From: Botryllus schlosseri
Taxonomy: Eukaryota
Assembly (NCBI GenBank): GCA_051294905.1
Contig: CM119373.1
Coordinates: forward strand, 4,342,001-4,406,000
DNA length: 64,000 nt
Reading direction: 5' to 3'
Shown: piece after piece, positions 50,643 through 63,938 of the stretch
How positions within the stretch are numbered: position 1 is the stretch's first letter
Layout: each line of letters starts with the position of its first letter
The notes under the pieces: generated by a model
The model's database searches: none
What the model saw: the letters and a program-made list of their open reading frames with translations, nothing else
Told to the model about the DNA's origin: nothing
Program-made: the position numbers and the translations under genes

Positions 50643-51164
50643 CACATCATCACACATGTCGAGGGGATGCAAACGCCATATTGATTATATGTGGGAAGGT
50701 TCTTGCCAGCGAATTTACAAAATGACCTGTCGTAGATTGACGTTTTCAAGGTTGCTCGAGTTGTATTACGTCACTCGATTTTTGGAGTAGACTCGAGTCA
50801 AGTCAAGTCACTCGATTTTTGGAGATGACTCGAGTTAAGTCAAGTCATCCATGATTTAAGTTAATGCATATTACAACATGTGTGAAGCACAGATCGAGGT
50901 GATATTCTCTAAATCAAATTACGAATGGAAGCAGAAGGGCAGTACATCTCTAGCTCGGATGTAATTGGTAAACTATGTAGTGTAACCTCAGTCCATAATA
51001 ATCAGCCAAAATAGAGGATAGAGCAGGATATATCAAAAAGTTGGAAAAAACTTCTATGATGCAATACAATACACATCCCAATTACACATCCATAAGATAC
51101 AATTGAAGCTTGCAACAAATGTATTAGTAATATAAACTATAAACAATATCCGTTCGTTTTCAAT

Positions 51165-51335
51165 CACACCTAGGCTCCTCCTCGTCACCTCATCCGTGTA
51201 TGCGGTGTCTTACAAAAGCCTAGAGGTGGGCCGTGCTATAAGTCGGCAGTTACGGAAAATAAAAAGAATATCGGCCTGGTGTAAATGACCATAGTAGTCG
51301 ACAAACACCATGAATACCCCAAAAACAAACAAACA
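51165..51335 (+). mobile_element. 5'-truncated SINE copy
   Basis: Matches 25660-25828 including the (CAAA)n tail. Confidence 0.8.
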
Positions 51336-52639
51336 AAATCACACAAAAGGTTCGGGTAAGCACTGAGCAGTTGAAAGAACAGAAATAAGTTGCTGGGGAT
51401 TATTGCAGATATTGAACATATATAGATTGCCACTAGTTAACGTAAGCTGTTATGGTTTACGGTCAATTTATTTGCGACATAATGGAGGCTCACGAAAATC
51501 AGTCTGCGCAATCCTTGAATGACTGGTCGCTCTCACAGGCCGCATACCGCATCGAAAACAGTTCAACCATTGGGTCGACATCGATTACTTGATGACTTGA
51601 AATTGACACGAAAATTTCGCTATGCGTCACGAGTCAAATAAGAATCTGAAACACCGACTCAAGTCAAGTATTTTTGCAAAGTGACTCGTGTCAAGTCAAG
51701 TCACGCGAAATATTTGACAGGAGTCTGACTTGAGTCAAGTCATGGCTCGAGGCTCCCTACACTGCAGATATGTCAACGATATACTACTCTTCATGGTAAA
51801 ATTTTCCAGGTAAAGGTCAATGAAATAGCTGATTGATTCGTACGTACTGTAGAGCCGATTGTATTTTGTTTCCGAATTCCAGATGAAGGAAGCCTGCAGC
51901 GGTTGACAGATTTTATTCAAAATCAGACTAGCGGAATCTCCTCGATCGACACCGACGTCCATCGCCACGAGAAAAACACAACAGTATTGCATTATACACA
52001 GAACTCGGCTACAACTGAAAGCAATCACCTTACAACGACGATTTCAGCGAATGCATGTACGTTCTGATTACACAACGTTAAACATAGCCTATACTGCTGG
52101 TTCAATGCACACAGCTATGATGAAGTATCAAAAGACATTGACAGTGTGATGAATCGAATATCGTATGACTTGGTGTGTTAACAGAAAATGCAGTACGGAT
52201 AATTGCAACCTCATTAACAATGGATACAAATTACTTCTTATTCATTAGACTGTAATTGACATTCTGATTTATATTTCAAAGATATCCTGTAGTAGGATTT
52301 GAGGTAAATATCAGTCATCTTTTTCAGCGTTTAAGTCATTATTAATATTGTATTATAAATGAACATACCGGTGGGATCGCCGCTATGAACAATACATTGC
52401 TATCGCTGTACCGCCATGTGATACTAACTCTCGGATTCATAATGAAAGGGATCTAATTATATATCAGATTTTCGCAGATTCACAGATCGCGTGCCACAAT
52501 TAGAAGTCTACGTTCTATATGACTTAATGCAGTGAATAACGACCCTGGCGTGAATCCTTTTGATTTGAGTGACTGATATGTCTGATTGTGTACTAAATGT
52601 ACACGTTTCTCTACAAGAGCCCTACCGTTACCGAAATAG

Positions 52640-52881
52640 TGTTTTGTCGACTACAATGGTCATTTACACCAGATCAAGTTTCTTCACTTTTATTCCGTAG
52701 ATGCCGACTTGTAGCACGGCGCACTTTTAGGGTTTATAATTCACCGCTTACACGGATGGGCTGGCGAGGAGGAGCCTAGATAAACCTCTAACACCTAGGT
52801 AGGAATTCTGGAATCGATCTCGGTCGGACTCGAACCCGCAATCCATTGGTGTCGCAGGTGTGGATTATACCCTCGCTCGCC
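52640..52881 (-). mobile_element. tRNA-derived SINE copy
   Basis: Reverse complement of the family, with B-box ggttcgagtcc. Confidence 0.8.
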
Positions 52882-53252
52882 AGGCCAGTATCATATATTG
52901 TAGTTACGGGAACACAAGTTCGCCGCAGTTACAATTATATGTGACCTCCAATTGCGCTCATACCTCGATCATAAAGTAATAAAGAGGGGCTCTCTTGGAA
53001 CACTGGTAGAGTTGATGGCATCATTCTACTTCGATTATTGGCGTCATTCTACATGTCGATTATTGTCGGCATGGGTTCGCTGATGACAATGTGTCGACGG
53101 AGACGGACATCAGCTCGAGATATCGGTCCTACTTCAATCTTATTCGCCTAACCGATACGAAAATCAAGCACATTAAGTCGGTCAAATCGGGACTATCCAT
53201 GTTTTGAGAATCAAATTGTAGAATCCTGCAATCACTGTCATTTCCTTTACAG

Positions 53253-53902
53253 CATACGACGCCCCTCGCTTCACCTTCAAGGATGCAAATCATAGCGACT
53301 ACATTCTATACAACGGCACTGTGCCTGATATGACATCTTTTACCGTCTGCGTCTGGATTCGATGTACGTCATCGTGGTCAGGCAATCAGGCAATCGTCAG
53401 CTATTGTGTACCTGGCGACAAATCCTGCAATACCTTTGTGATCTGGTTGAAAAATGGAAAAATTAAAGTCTCGTTCAGATCACAGCAGCATAATAGCACT
53501 TCCGCATACGGCAATGGCAATAATTATCGGAATCGTACGCACATTTGCATCGTTAAATCTGGAGCCTCATTGCGTTTGCACATCAACGCATCAAAGCATG
53601 ATTTCAACGAAACTGCTCCTAAAACGTTGAGAGGAGGTGGTTTCTTGATCTTGGGCCAGAATCTAGATGGGGGAAAGAATGAATCTACGCCGGTACCACG
53701 AGATCCTCACCAAGGATTTCACGGCGATATCGGAGGATTTCAACTCTGGAATCAATCTTTGACTGACCGAATGATTGGTGGATTATACCAGTATGGGGAA
53801 TGCCTTTACCATGACCGCGATGGACTGATTGTTACATTAAACAAGTCTAACTCCGCCGTAAAAGGAAACACGACGGCGGATTGGAGTCCTACCTGCCAAT
53901 AA
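53253..53902 (+). CDS. Pentraxin-domain terminal exon (PTX-C); upstream exons unresolved
   Basis: Acceptor tttcctttacag (phase 1); YDAPRFTF...FTVCVWIR, HICIV, GGFLILGQNLD, FHGDIGGFQLWNQSL; paralogous to PTX-A and PTX-B. Confidence 0.88.
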
Positions 53903-55293
53903 AATCATACTACAACTGCCTTTGATTTTGTTCTGCCAGATAGTTCAACTGAGAATAGCACAAGCACACAGGATATCATTTCAATTGATATAACACTGCG
54001 TCTTCCGTATCCTGTAACTTGTGACATAACATATTACAAAATAGCTCGGCTTAATACTGCACGACTGCACAGAAGACTCTGAATTTAATATTGTATAAGC
54101 CGAAAATAGTCCTAAATGACACTGTTCGCTGTACTATTTTCTTTTTATGACATTGCCGTCAGAACTATTCACTATAGAGATGCTAGGTTTATTAACACGT
54201 GGCCGGTTTCTAGTTTTCAAATGAGCTGATATCACATATTTCAAAGTGATTGTTTAATATAATATATCATGCCTTCAGTAGTCTGCTCTGATTGTTCTAT
54301 GTGCACGTTTGTTTTGATTGCTATTAAGAACGATGTAGGAACACATTTGCCTGTATCTATAATGGTAGCGATCCAGTTTTATATATCAAAGTATCAAAAA
54401 CGTTAGCAGTTTTGCATTAGACGATTAGGTGATTACTAGGGCGATATTTTTTTTACATGTCAAAAAAGTCAAAATTGTATCGTTATGTCAAAATATGTCA
54501 AAATTGTTTACAAAGTCAAAAATGTTTTACAACCTGCAGTTCGTTTGCATCGTAGATTTTGCACTGTCGGCGAACTTATCGTTTGACATTTTACAGCTTG
54601 TAGCCAATCTATAGGCCTATCGTTGTCGACGGCCCATTGTCGGGTCATTGTGAATCGTAAACATTCAAATGAAACGAACAGGTATACATGGTGTTATGCT
54701 CAACGTACCACAATGATCTAACTCAGTGGTTCCCAACCAGGGAGGAATTCCCCCCTTGGGGGGAATTTTGCTATTTTTAGGGGGGAATTCGACTTTGGAA
54801 TTCTAACGGATTTCCCAAATTGTTCATATTCGAACAGTCATTTAGTTAACCAGTTATATCCGAACGTATACTCCTTATGGCTGTTTTTTGTTTGCTGAAA
54901 GTATGTTCAAATGGTATTTGAAATTTCTCTTTCACATACAAATCCCCCCACCCCTTTTTCAATTAGTTCAGATGTGCTGCAGTTCGCAACACAATTTTGT
55001 AGGCCAGCGACGGCCTCCCAATCAAATATTTCCTACGCGTGCCGAATCTATCACAACAAGGCCTCTAGTGAAAGTATTTATCTTATATTTTTAAGTCAAC
55101 ATTTTCAGACTGTGACGAAATATTCCAACGTCATCGATTCAAGTCAGAGAGATCGCTAGCCTTGCTTTATTTTTAGTAAACAGCTACCCGATCGATAAAA
55201 GACATGGTAAACTTGGTGCAATGTTGCCGGAACATAATGGGTGTCCTAAATTTCAATGAGCTTCAGCAGGTTATCTTATCTTATGTTATATAT

Positions 55294-55838
55294 CAGGTCT
55301 GTAACCCAGTCAAGAGGCTCCGAGTCACAAGTCAATCTCACTTTCATAGTTTTGACTCGAGTCAAGTCGAGTCATTTTCAATTCACCATTGAGTCAAGTT
55401 CAAGTCCAAGTCACCAAGCAGACGATCGAGTCCGAGTCATGGTATTATGACTCGAGTACGAGTCCAAGTCACACTCAAGTCAACACTGTTTGGCGAAATT
55501 TAATGATTTGGATTTATGATATACTAATTTTCCTCACTTTGAGCAGTTTCTTGTCGCATTGTCAAGTACCAGGATCAGTAGACGAACTTACCACAGGGTG
55601 GTCACTGTACTGTTCTTCGAAATTACAATGACCAGTCGGTCGTGGCCGTTTTATAGTCTTGAGTCATATGACTAGGTTCGGGTCATGCACAATGACTTGA
55701 GTCCAAGTCGAGTCAATACCCAGATTGTCTCCAATCGAGTCGAGTCGTTTCGTTTCCGTATTTTGAGAAAATGAATCGAGTCAATTCGAGTTATCAGAAA
55801 ATGGTGACCCGAGTCAAACTCGACTCCGGTCAACCCTG
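55294..55838 (+). mobile_element. hAT MITE, CAGGGTTGTAA family
   Basis: Aligns with 30139-30625; TSD ttatatat/ctatatat. Confidence 0.85.
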
Positions 55839-56064
55839 CTATATATCAACGTACCACTATTGTTGGCCAAATGCATGCGCAAACTTGAGAAAAAAAATCG
55901 CGAGACCAGTAAATTTATGGATACTGATTTTTCACAGCAGTTATATTAGCGATTGGTGCATGGTAAGCCGAAAACAAAAATGGAAGTGTGGGGGTCTATT
56001 GAGTCAAGCCTTCCAGAATTTGTGTGATTGGGACCAAGACCATGGTTTTTGGAGGTCTACCCAG

Positions 56065-58576
56065 CAGACATGGGGTAATCGCGATTAGTAATCGTAATCG
56101 ATTACGACGATTACAGCATTTTAAAGTAATCGTAATCGCAATCGATTGGATTCGAAAAAAATCCGAAGTAATCGTAATCGTAATCGACTACTTCCCGTAT
56201 CTAATCGATTTTTTTGTGAAAGAACGATTACTTTTTGTTTGTACAAGGACTATGATATAAACTGAATATTCGTGAACAAGAATGAGATAATATACCACGT
56301 TAGCGATAGCACAAACGTCTGTTTTCAAACGCCGCTACTCATTATTACGTCAGAAGTATTAGCTCCGCTCGTCATTGCATAGAAGTATCCACACATAGTA
56401 AACAGACATGCGATGAACATTGTAGTGTGATTTTAAGAACACCCCCGTGGTGTATATCAGGCTATCAATACACTACAGTAGCCCCTACCTCGCAGCAGGA
56501 TATTGATCACCACTCTGCCTATAGTTTCAAATAGTAACTTATGTATTGATGTTTGGTTGTGCTTAGCTAAACGCAGTTTACCGTTGCTGCTTGGCGAGCA
56601 GGAGGCCTACGTACGAACGTGCACCTGACGAAGATTCGGAATTTCGTACTCGTCAAATAAAACATTGCAGTTTCCACAACGAAGCATTACAAATAAACAG
56701 CTGCTAATATATATCATAACCGAGCCGTGGTTAGCCATTTCTCGTAACAGCAGCTCGCAGTATAGCCTATGTATTAGTTGAAGGCAGAATTTTTATGTTC
56801 ACTATGTCTTTTTCTCATATAACTACTTGAAACGGGCGTCAATCGTTATTTCACAGTTCGTTACTCAGCATTTGGACCTGTCGCCATAACCATCCGCTTA
56901 TATACCCTGACATGTTAGCGTGGGTTGTAGCTAGAATCAGAACCAAAACAGCAATTCGTCCCCCAGTCCAACCGTTGGTCAATTTTCAAAACTGAATTTC
57001 GTCAATAATATTGGTAATTGCATTATATTACTATTCATTTATAACCTCTCTCTGCCTCGAGTGTCAGATTTACCTGTAGAGCCGGGGCACGTAATTCATA
57101 ATTATAGCATCTAGTATGTTGTTATAATTACTTCATTGTATGTTGTTAATTCGCGACCTCCAGTCTGTTGAATAATCAAAAGATATTGTACTCGCCCAAA
57201 CGTAGCAGACTAAAAGAATATCTTTCGTGAGACGCACACACAAATTGTCATGGCTTTATTCCTTTGTGGATGCGCCGGGTGGCATTTGCATTGTGGGCCA
57301 AGATTGGAAGGACAGGAGTTATTAGTCACGCCCACCCAGCGCGGCTATTGACAATGGACGAATACCCTAAGATTCGGCCAAGGTATTTCTTTGGTATCAC
57401 ATCCCGTGGTGCTGCGTGTTGGCCGAAACTGCATATCTCTTTTGGTGTGTTGTGGAATCGTGGCGCGGTAATGACCGGCTCCGAAATGCCTGTTTCCATA
57501 AAATAGCCTACGCATGTTTTTTCTTGAGGGGAAGAGGTATGCATTTCAAACCAAGCTATCTACTGGAGAACGGGTCACCAACCGTTTCGAAACAAAAAGC
57601 TACTTCTTGTGTAGTGTGTACTGAATATTGCGACGACCGACGGGTTACCACTTACTCCCGCCGCTTATCCGTGCTCAGTTGGATTTCTTCACTTAGAGTA
57701 AGACAATCAGAGAACTGGGCCGGGTTTCCGCCCCTTACCAAGAACAAAAAACGCTCACTCGCCGGGACTCACACCAGCTCCTCCAGGCTCAGTTGCGTTG
57801 CTGCAGTGCGCGCTGAAGCGCCGATCTCCGCGTCGAGACTCGGGGATATTAGCTATAGATTCCCGTTGAGCCGCCGCGTAGGCGAAGACGAGCAATGCCC
57901 CAAGCGATAGCGTTCGTATGTTCCTTGCGGTCTGCCGACCCATGTTCAACTGCGGCTCATATGAAACCAGCTTCAACTTTCAAATCTCTCATTTGGATGT
58001 TGGATTTGATTTTGCTACAGCGACCGCGGGCGACTCATTTGGTCCGCGTTGGTGACCCCTGTACTAGAGACATTTCAATCGCGAAGCTCAAAGAACATTT
58101 TCAAGAAATAATTATATTCTCGAAAATACTCTATAATTTATGTTGGTTTACGAAATACTTTTGAATTCCCTTCGAGCACGCTCCCTACCCTATTAAGGAA
58201 TTTGGGGTGCGGCAGATAAAGACCTGGCAATAATGCAAATCGTTGGGTGCGATAAATCATCCCCTATAATGTTGGGCATTGGTATATTATGACGTAATAA
58301 GCAAATGACGCATGATATATGAGGAGAGTTAATATCTCATTAAGCCTTTTCATCGCAATCCTTGTATTGTCTTCCAGTATATCATTTAAGATTATAGTCC
58401 TAAGAAGCAAAACAAATGTAATCGTGAGTAATCGTGATTACTTTTCCAATGTAATCGTAATCGTAATCGACTACTTCCTGATTTTGCTGTAATCGTAATC
58501 GTAATCGTAATCGCGTGATTCTGAAGTAATCGTAATCGCAATCGATTACATTCATGAAGTAATCACCCCATGTCTG
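56065..58576. mobile_element. Non-autonomous hAT-type element with (GTAATC)n subterminal arrays; probable nested MITE at about 57082-58061
   Basis: TIR CAGACATGGGGT / ACCCCATGTCTG; TSD ctacccag/ctaccca(c). Confidence 0.88.
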
Positions 58577-58583
58577 CTACCCA

Positions 58584-58800
58584 CACTGTAAACGAAAATG
58601 GTGTGTTTTCGCAATTCACACCCTAGCGTAGGGTGTGTTTTGAGTTATCACACCTATTGGGTACTAAATTTATCATTTACACCTAAGCTATTGGTGGAAA
58701 TAAGCCGAATACACCCATACCATAAAATATACACCCAAAGCATTGGCATTTGGGGTGAATTGTTAGAGATTACACCTTTTGTCAGACAAATATGAAGTTT
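58584..58800 (+). mobile_element. Probable left end of an EnSpm-like element (CACTGTAAA terminus)
   Basis: cactgtaaac followed by ACACC/GGTGT repeats; partner end not seen in the window. Confidence 0.4.
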
Positions 58801-61609
58801 GGGATTCAATCCGCGCTAGCCGCTTCCACAAAACTTGACTGTTGAAGTTTTAAGTCTGTGTCGGTCAGAAGCCTGGTTAAGCAGGCAGGGGTGCGGCAAG
58901 TCTGCATTCTTGTTAAAAATTCAGTCGAATCACTGTACTGATCATTGTATGGGCACTTGAGAACTTCTCTGCTGTGTCTAACTGTAGGTTGTGTAGGACA
59001 TATTCTCTTTGGGGTTGAATTATCCACCGAAAATGAGTGTTTTCGCCACTTTATTGTGTCTTTAAGGCTTCTTGGGTAGGCTTAGGCAATGTTGCATTGT
59101 TCAGTTTTTATGGATTTAACCCGGTTCGATCAAGTAAATTTGCCTACGCATATAGCTTCAGCTTCACTGACAAATAAGCATTCGTTGTATTAGTTCGTGT
59201 GCTACATCGACATGAATGAATAATAGCTAAGTCCGCAATATCATATTGTAATTCACATTTATCGTGCACTGCGGTACTCGTACTTTGGCTGAAATTTCAC
59301 CCTGGCTACTATAGTGTGACCGATGTATCTCAAGTGTGTGGCAAAAATACGACACATTATGAAGTTGCCACGATACTGGTTTATAATTTCTTTCATGCCA
59401 CGTCAAATGCACAATTGTACGAATGTACTTGTACATGTACATTGTACGTAGGCTATATGTACAAAATATATCGGGCCTATTCCGCACGGCATTAGTGTAT
59501 AACCACAGTATAATGCAGGTTAAGGGTATTTAGAGCTGGTAATACTAGAAGGAGTTAAATTTCAGCCACAAACTTACGTGAGCAGTACGCAATATGGGCG
59601 TAGCAAGAATTCAAATTAGAATGGGACACGAGGTTACGTCACGGAACAATCATTGAATTGGGCGAAAGAGGGACTAAATTGGGCAAAGTTTCCTGGTTAT
59701 TTTCATATCTATATTGTTGTGTTATTCACTATTTGGTAGCTTTATGAATTGCACACTAACCGACCTAACCGACAATGCGCATACAGCTGTCGGATCGTAT
59801 CAATGGTTCGATCTATGAAGATAAATCTAGTACTGCAAGACTTTTTAAAGCTTATTATGATGCAATCTGCAGCTTCACAGCTATCAAATCCATATTTCCG
59901 ATTGTATACATACAAATATTCCGAAGATCCTTAACTTCGATATAGTTATTGCATCAGTTAGTCAATTGTCACATCATAATGGAACATACAAACCGTCGTC
60001 ACCAGAACAGCTGCTGCTATGTTTCGCTACAGCTATGTAAAATGTTTCGTTATATGCCGTATTTCCGCGCTTACGAGACCAGACTGGCTATCGACTGACC
60101 GTATTAGTTGTCGTGAATCTGTGAAGAAAGCCTCTTTCGAGATTGAAAATATCTGGATGGTGAGTTACATTTCGTATCGGTACTATAGTAGTAAAGAACA
60201 TTTGTTCGGTTGCGTTTCCGGTACAGATCCGATTCCTGTTACTCAGTGTCGCAGCTGTACTGAACAGAATTATATGTAGCAAGTTGGAATTTTAAACGTA
60301 CCGGTAGTGACGATACATTGAATTCACATACATTGTTGTATCACCAGTACCGATACCAATATCCAAGACACAGTAGCTCAATGGCTCTAATGGAGATACT
60401 GTTGACAGTTCCAGCATCAGCTATGATTATAAACTACGGTAATTTGGGTTTGAGCAACATCGTTTGTAAGTGCATTGAAAAAAAATCGATTCGATTGTCG
60501 TTATATTGATTACCAAAGCACATCACGACCTGTTTAAGTGTAAAGGGTAGTCTACCACTGACTATGCAGAGTTATGTTATAAGCCTATCACCCTGTCATT
60601 ATCACTGAGCTATATGCACATTATATACTATGTTATGTTATGGTAGGAAGGTAAACATATTATCTATTCTACTTCAGACTTGCATGGGCAAAGATCGCAA
60701 ATTTGGGGCTCTTGAAGATTGAAATTATCGATTTCTTCTCATGAGAAAACAAGTGTAACATACAAACAGCAAAGGGCTGAAGCATATGAAGCAATGGTAT
60801 CTGAGGTGAGCAATGGACATTTGATGAAAGCTTTCGATCCCCGTAAATTGGGGCCAGTAAATGTGATATTAGGACATGGGTGAAAATATGACGATGCTAT
60901 ATTGCTATCACTATGAATATGAGAGACTTGACTAGGAACAGGCTTGCCTTATTGAACATATTTTGCAGTGGCCCCCTCAGACTGTCTGCTAAGAGTATGT
61001 GACCCATCAACTAGAATACTTTTGAAACTACTTCTCTGAGTTCTGTTCATATATTTATTTTAATTTGAAGCAGCTTGACATGGATTTGACATAGCCACTT
61101 CTATATGCTTGTCATTGAGTAGAAATTTACATCTATTGCTTGAGTAGCAATGCGCACTACTGCGGTAAACTCGGTGTGCAACAATGCACGGATTAGCTGG
61201 GTCTTCAATGTTTTGACCAATATGAAGAGGCAAACATAGCCTTGCCAAAGTTTATCAAACTGTCCTTTTGATCAATATAAACAAATCATAATATATGCAC
61301 TTCTTGACTCATGATATGACATACACACGATCTGTGCATATGCACAAATCTGCTTTTTGTTAGATTCAAGGACTGATTGCTATTAGTAGCAGACTCTTAC
61401 TCTGTGAATGTGAAATCAAATATATTGTTGGTGATATACTATGCGTAGGAGAGTTGCAAAATTGTATTTTAATTCGCTTATTTACAAGCATAAAGCAAGT
61501 CAAGGCTACAACATCAGTACACATTTTGGATGTCTTGGGCGTTTCGAATCCAATCCAAATTGTCAACTAAATGTTTACCGTATGCCTCATGGTTATTTTT
61601 CAATTTTAG

Positions 61610-61726
61610 GATGCTGCTTTACAAGCTAATATCAGGGAAATTTAACCAAATCGACGTCGCATTTAACGGTAGAAGCGTATGCTGCGAAACAGTAAAGGAT
61701 CGTTATCAAACAGCTTATATTCCAAG
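61610..61726 (+). CDS. Candidate 117-nt phase 2-2 exon of an unknown gene
   Basis: ttttag acceptor and aag|gtaatc donor; MLLYKLISGKFNQIDVAFNGRSVCCETVKDRYQTAYIP; paralogous copy at 63939. Confidence 0.5.
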
Positions 61727-61818
61727 GTAATCATTATCATCCAGCTAATTTGCTAATTTCGATGTATAAGACAAGTCAACGTTTTCTAATCAAGACACAC
61801 TCGGACATGTATCTGTGG

Positions 61819-62398
61819 CGGGGTTGTAACCAAGTCACGAGGCTCCGAGTCAGAAGTCAATATCACTTATATAGTTTTGACTCGAGTCAAGTCGAGTCAT
61901 TTCCCTTCGACCACTGAGTCAAGTCCGATTTCAAGTCAGCGAACAGAGGGTCGAGTCCGAGTCATGGTATTATGATTCGAGTCCGAGTCCAAGTCATTGT
62001 GTTGACTGATCAGTTTCCAGTTGAAATCTTGTTAAATCCACTTTTTATAACTCTGTTTGGTGATATCGAATGGTTCGCATTTATAAATATACTAATTTTC
62101 CTCACTGATCGAATTTTTAAGTACCAGTACCAATCAGCGTAATCCAAATAGTGTGATTACTTTACTATTCTCCGAAATTTCAATGAAATGTAGGTCTTGG
62201 CCGTCTGAATCTTGAGTCATATGACTTGGTTCGAGTCACGCGTAATGACTGGAGTCCAAGTCGAGTCAATACACTGATCGACTCGAGTCGAGTCATTTCC
62301 ATATTTTACGAAAATGCCTCGAGTCAAGTCGAGTCATCAGAAAATCGTGACTCGAGTCGGACTCGAGTCGAGTCATGACTCGAGTCAGTACAACCCTG
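61819..62398 (+). mobile_element. hAT MITE, CAGGGTTGTAA family
   Basis: cggggttgtaac...gtacaaccctg; TSD atctgtgg/atctgtga. Confidence 0.88.
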
Positions 62399-63174
62399 AT
62401 CTGTGATCCCTTCGAATCCATTCTGAAAGTCAATATTGCCTAAAGAGGAAACGTTTCAAACGTGTTCATGCATCTCTTTCTCTGATTTTCTCTAAATTTT
62501 AGGGACCGCATTCAGCAAGAGCAAGATTACATCACAGGAATTAACCAAGTTTAGGAGTATGATGCGAAAACTGAAAGACTTGTTATCAAGCCAGCAGGTA
62601 TTACAACTTTGTTAACGACACCTGATGTCAACTTTCGTAGTCGCATATATGAGGTAAACCAAAGCAGAGATGGTCAAAGTTACTAGCGTTGCTACTCAAG
62701 TCGATGTAGAAATACCGCCGTCAATTTATACTCGAATACAAGTAGATGCAACAGTTCCCAATACAAGTCAAAACTACGTCAAGTGGAAGTAGGATACGAA
62801 ATGTCGGAAGAATAGTCAAGTATGGTAAGCAGTTTTTCGGAAGTTTCTACTTTGAAAATTGCTATATGAATCTTTGCGACTAATATAAAATTACTAATGC
62901 CATATGACCCTACTAATAGGAAGAATCTTCAAAAATATATTCAGTTATTCCTGATACAGGTGGTGTTGCCAGACTTTGACAACTAGATATTCTAATCTAT
63001 CTAATTATACTAATTGAAGCTATTCTAATTTGTGAAATGTTTCTATGCTCTAATTCTAATTCTAATCGAATTCCTGAAATCTGTCTATGGTCTAATTTTA
63101 ATTCTAATCTAATGTCTGGTCTTTCTGGAAATGCTACAGGAGAACTATATTGCGAAACAAGCCAAGCTTGCTGT

Positions 63175-63852
63175 ACACTAGGGGTGTTAAAAATGACTCT
63201 TTATTCACAAATTCTACTAGCTACTTGATAAAATTGTTAGATTACCGAATTGAAGCTTGCACACCAAATTTGGTTCGATTCCAACCAACAGCCGCATTGC
63301 TACAGGAGAAGAAAGTTTTTTGTTTATTATTTAAAAATTAGTAAAAAAAATTCAAAATTTTCTGTTCACTCATGAAATTGTAAGGTTGTCTATAGAAACG
63401 ATGCCCACCAAATTTGGCTCAATCCAAACCAGCCGAAGCGGAGTTATTGATGTCGAAAGATTTAGATTTGAACAAAATAGTATTTACTGTGGGCACAACT
63501 ATAATAAATAATTAAAGAATTGGTCACCGTAAATACTATTTTATTCAAATCCAAAATTTTACGACGGCAATAACTCCGCTTCCGCAGGTTGGAATTGAGC
63601 CAAATGGGTTGAGCATTGTTTCTATAGACAACCTAACAATTTAATGGGGTGAACAGAAAATTTCAATTTTTTTTATTCATTTTCATATACGATAATAAAT
63701 AAATAAAAAACTTTCTTCTCCTGTAGCAATGCGGCTACTGGTTAGAATCGAACCAAATTTGGTGTGCAGGCTTGAATTAGGTAACCTAACAATTTTATCA
63801 AGTAGTCAGTACGATTTGAGAAAAATATTCAATTTTGAAGACCCCTAGTGCA
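63175..63852. repeat. Large imperfect palindrome (arms about 320 bp, spacer about 35 bp)
   Basis: 63175-63490 is the reverse complement of 63526-63852; both belong to the 30930-31290 repeat family. Confidence 0.85.
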
Positions 63853-63938
63853 CATATCAGATGACTTAAGGAGTTTAGAATCCAATCCAAATTGTCAACT
63901 AGACGTTTATACCTCATGGTTATTTTTTTCAATTTTAG

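Noticed and set aside
53015..53180. Candidate signal-peptide exon for PTX-C
   Set aside because: Several frames are weakly plausible and no donor is convincing.
60678..60805. Exon-like segment with good splice signals
   Set aside because: Stop codons in all three frames.
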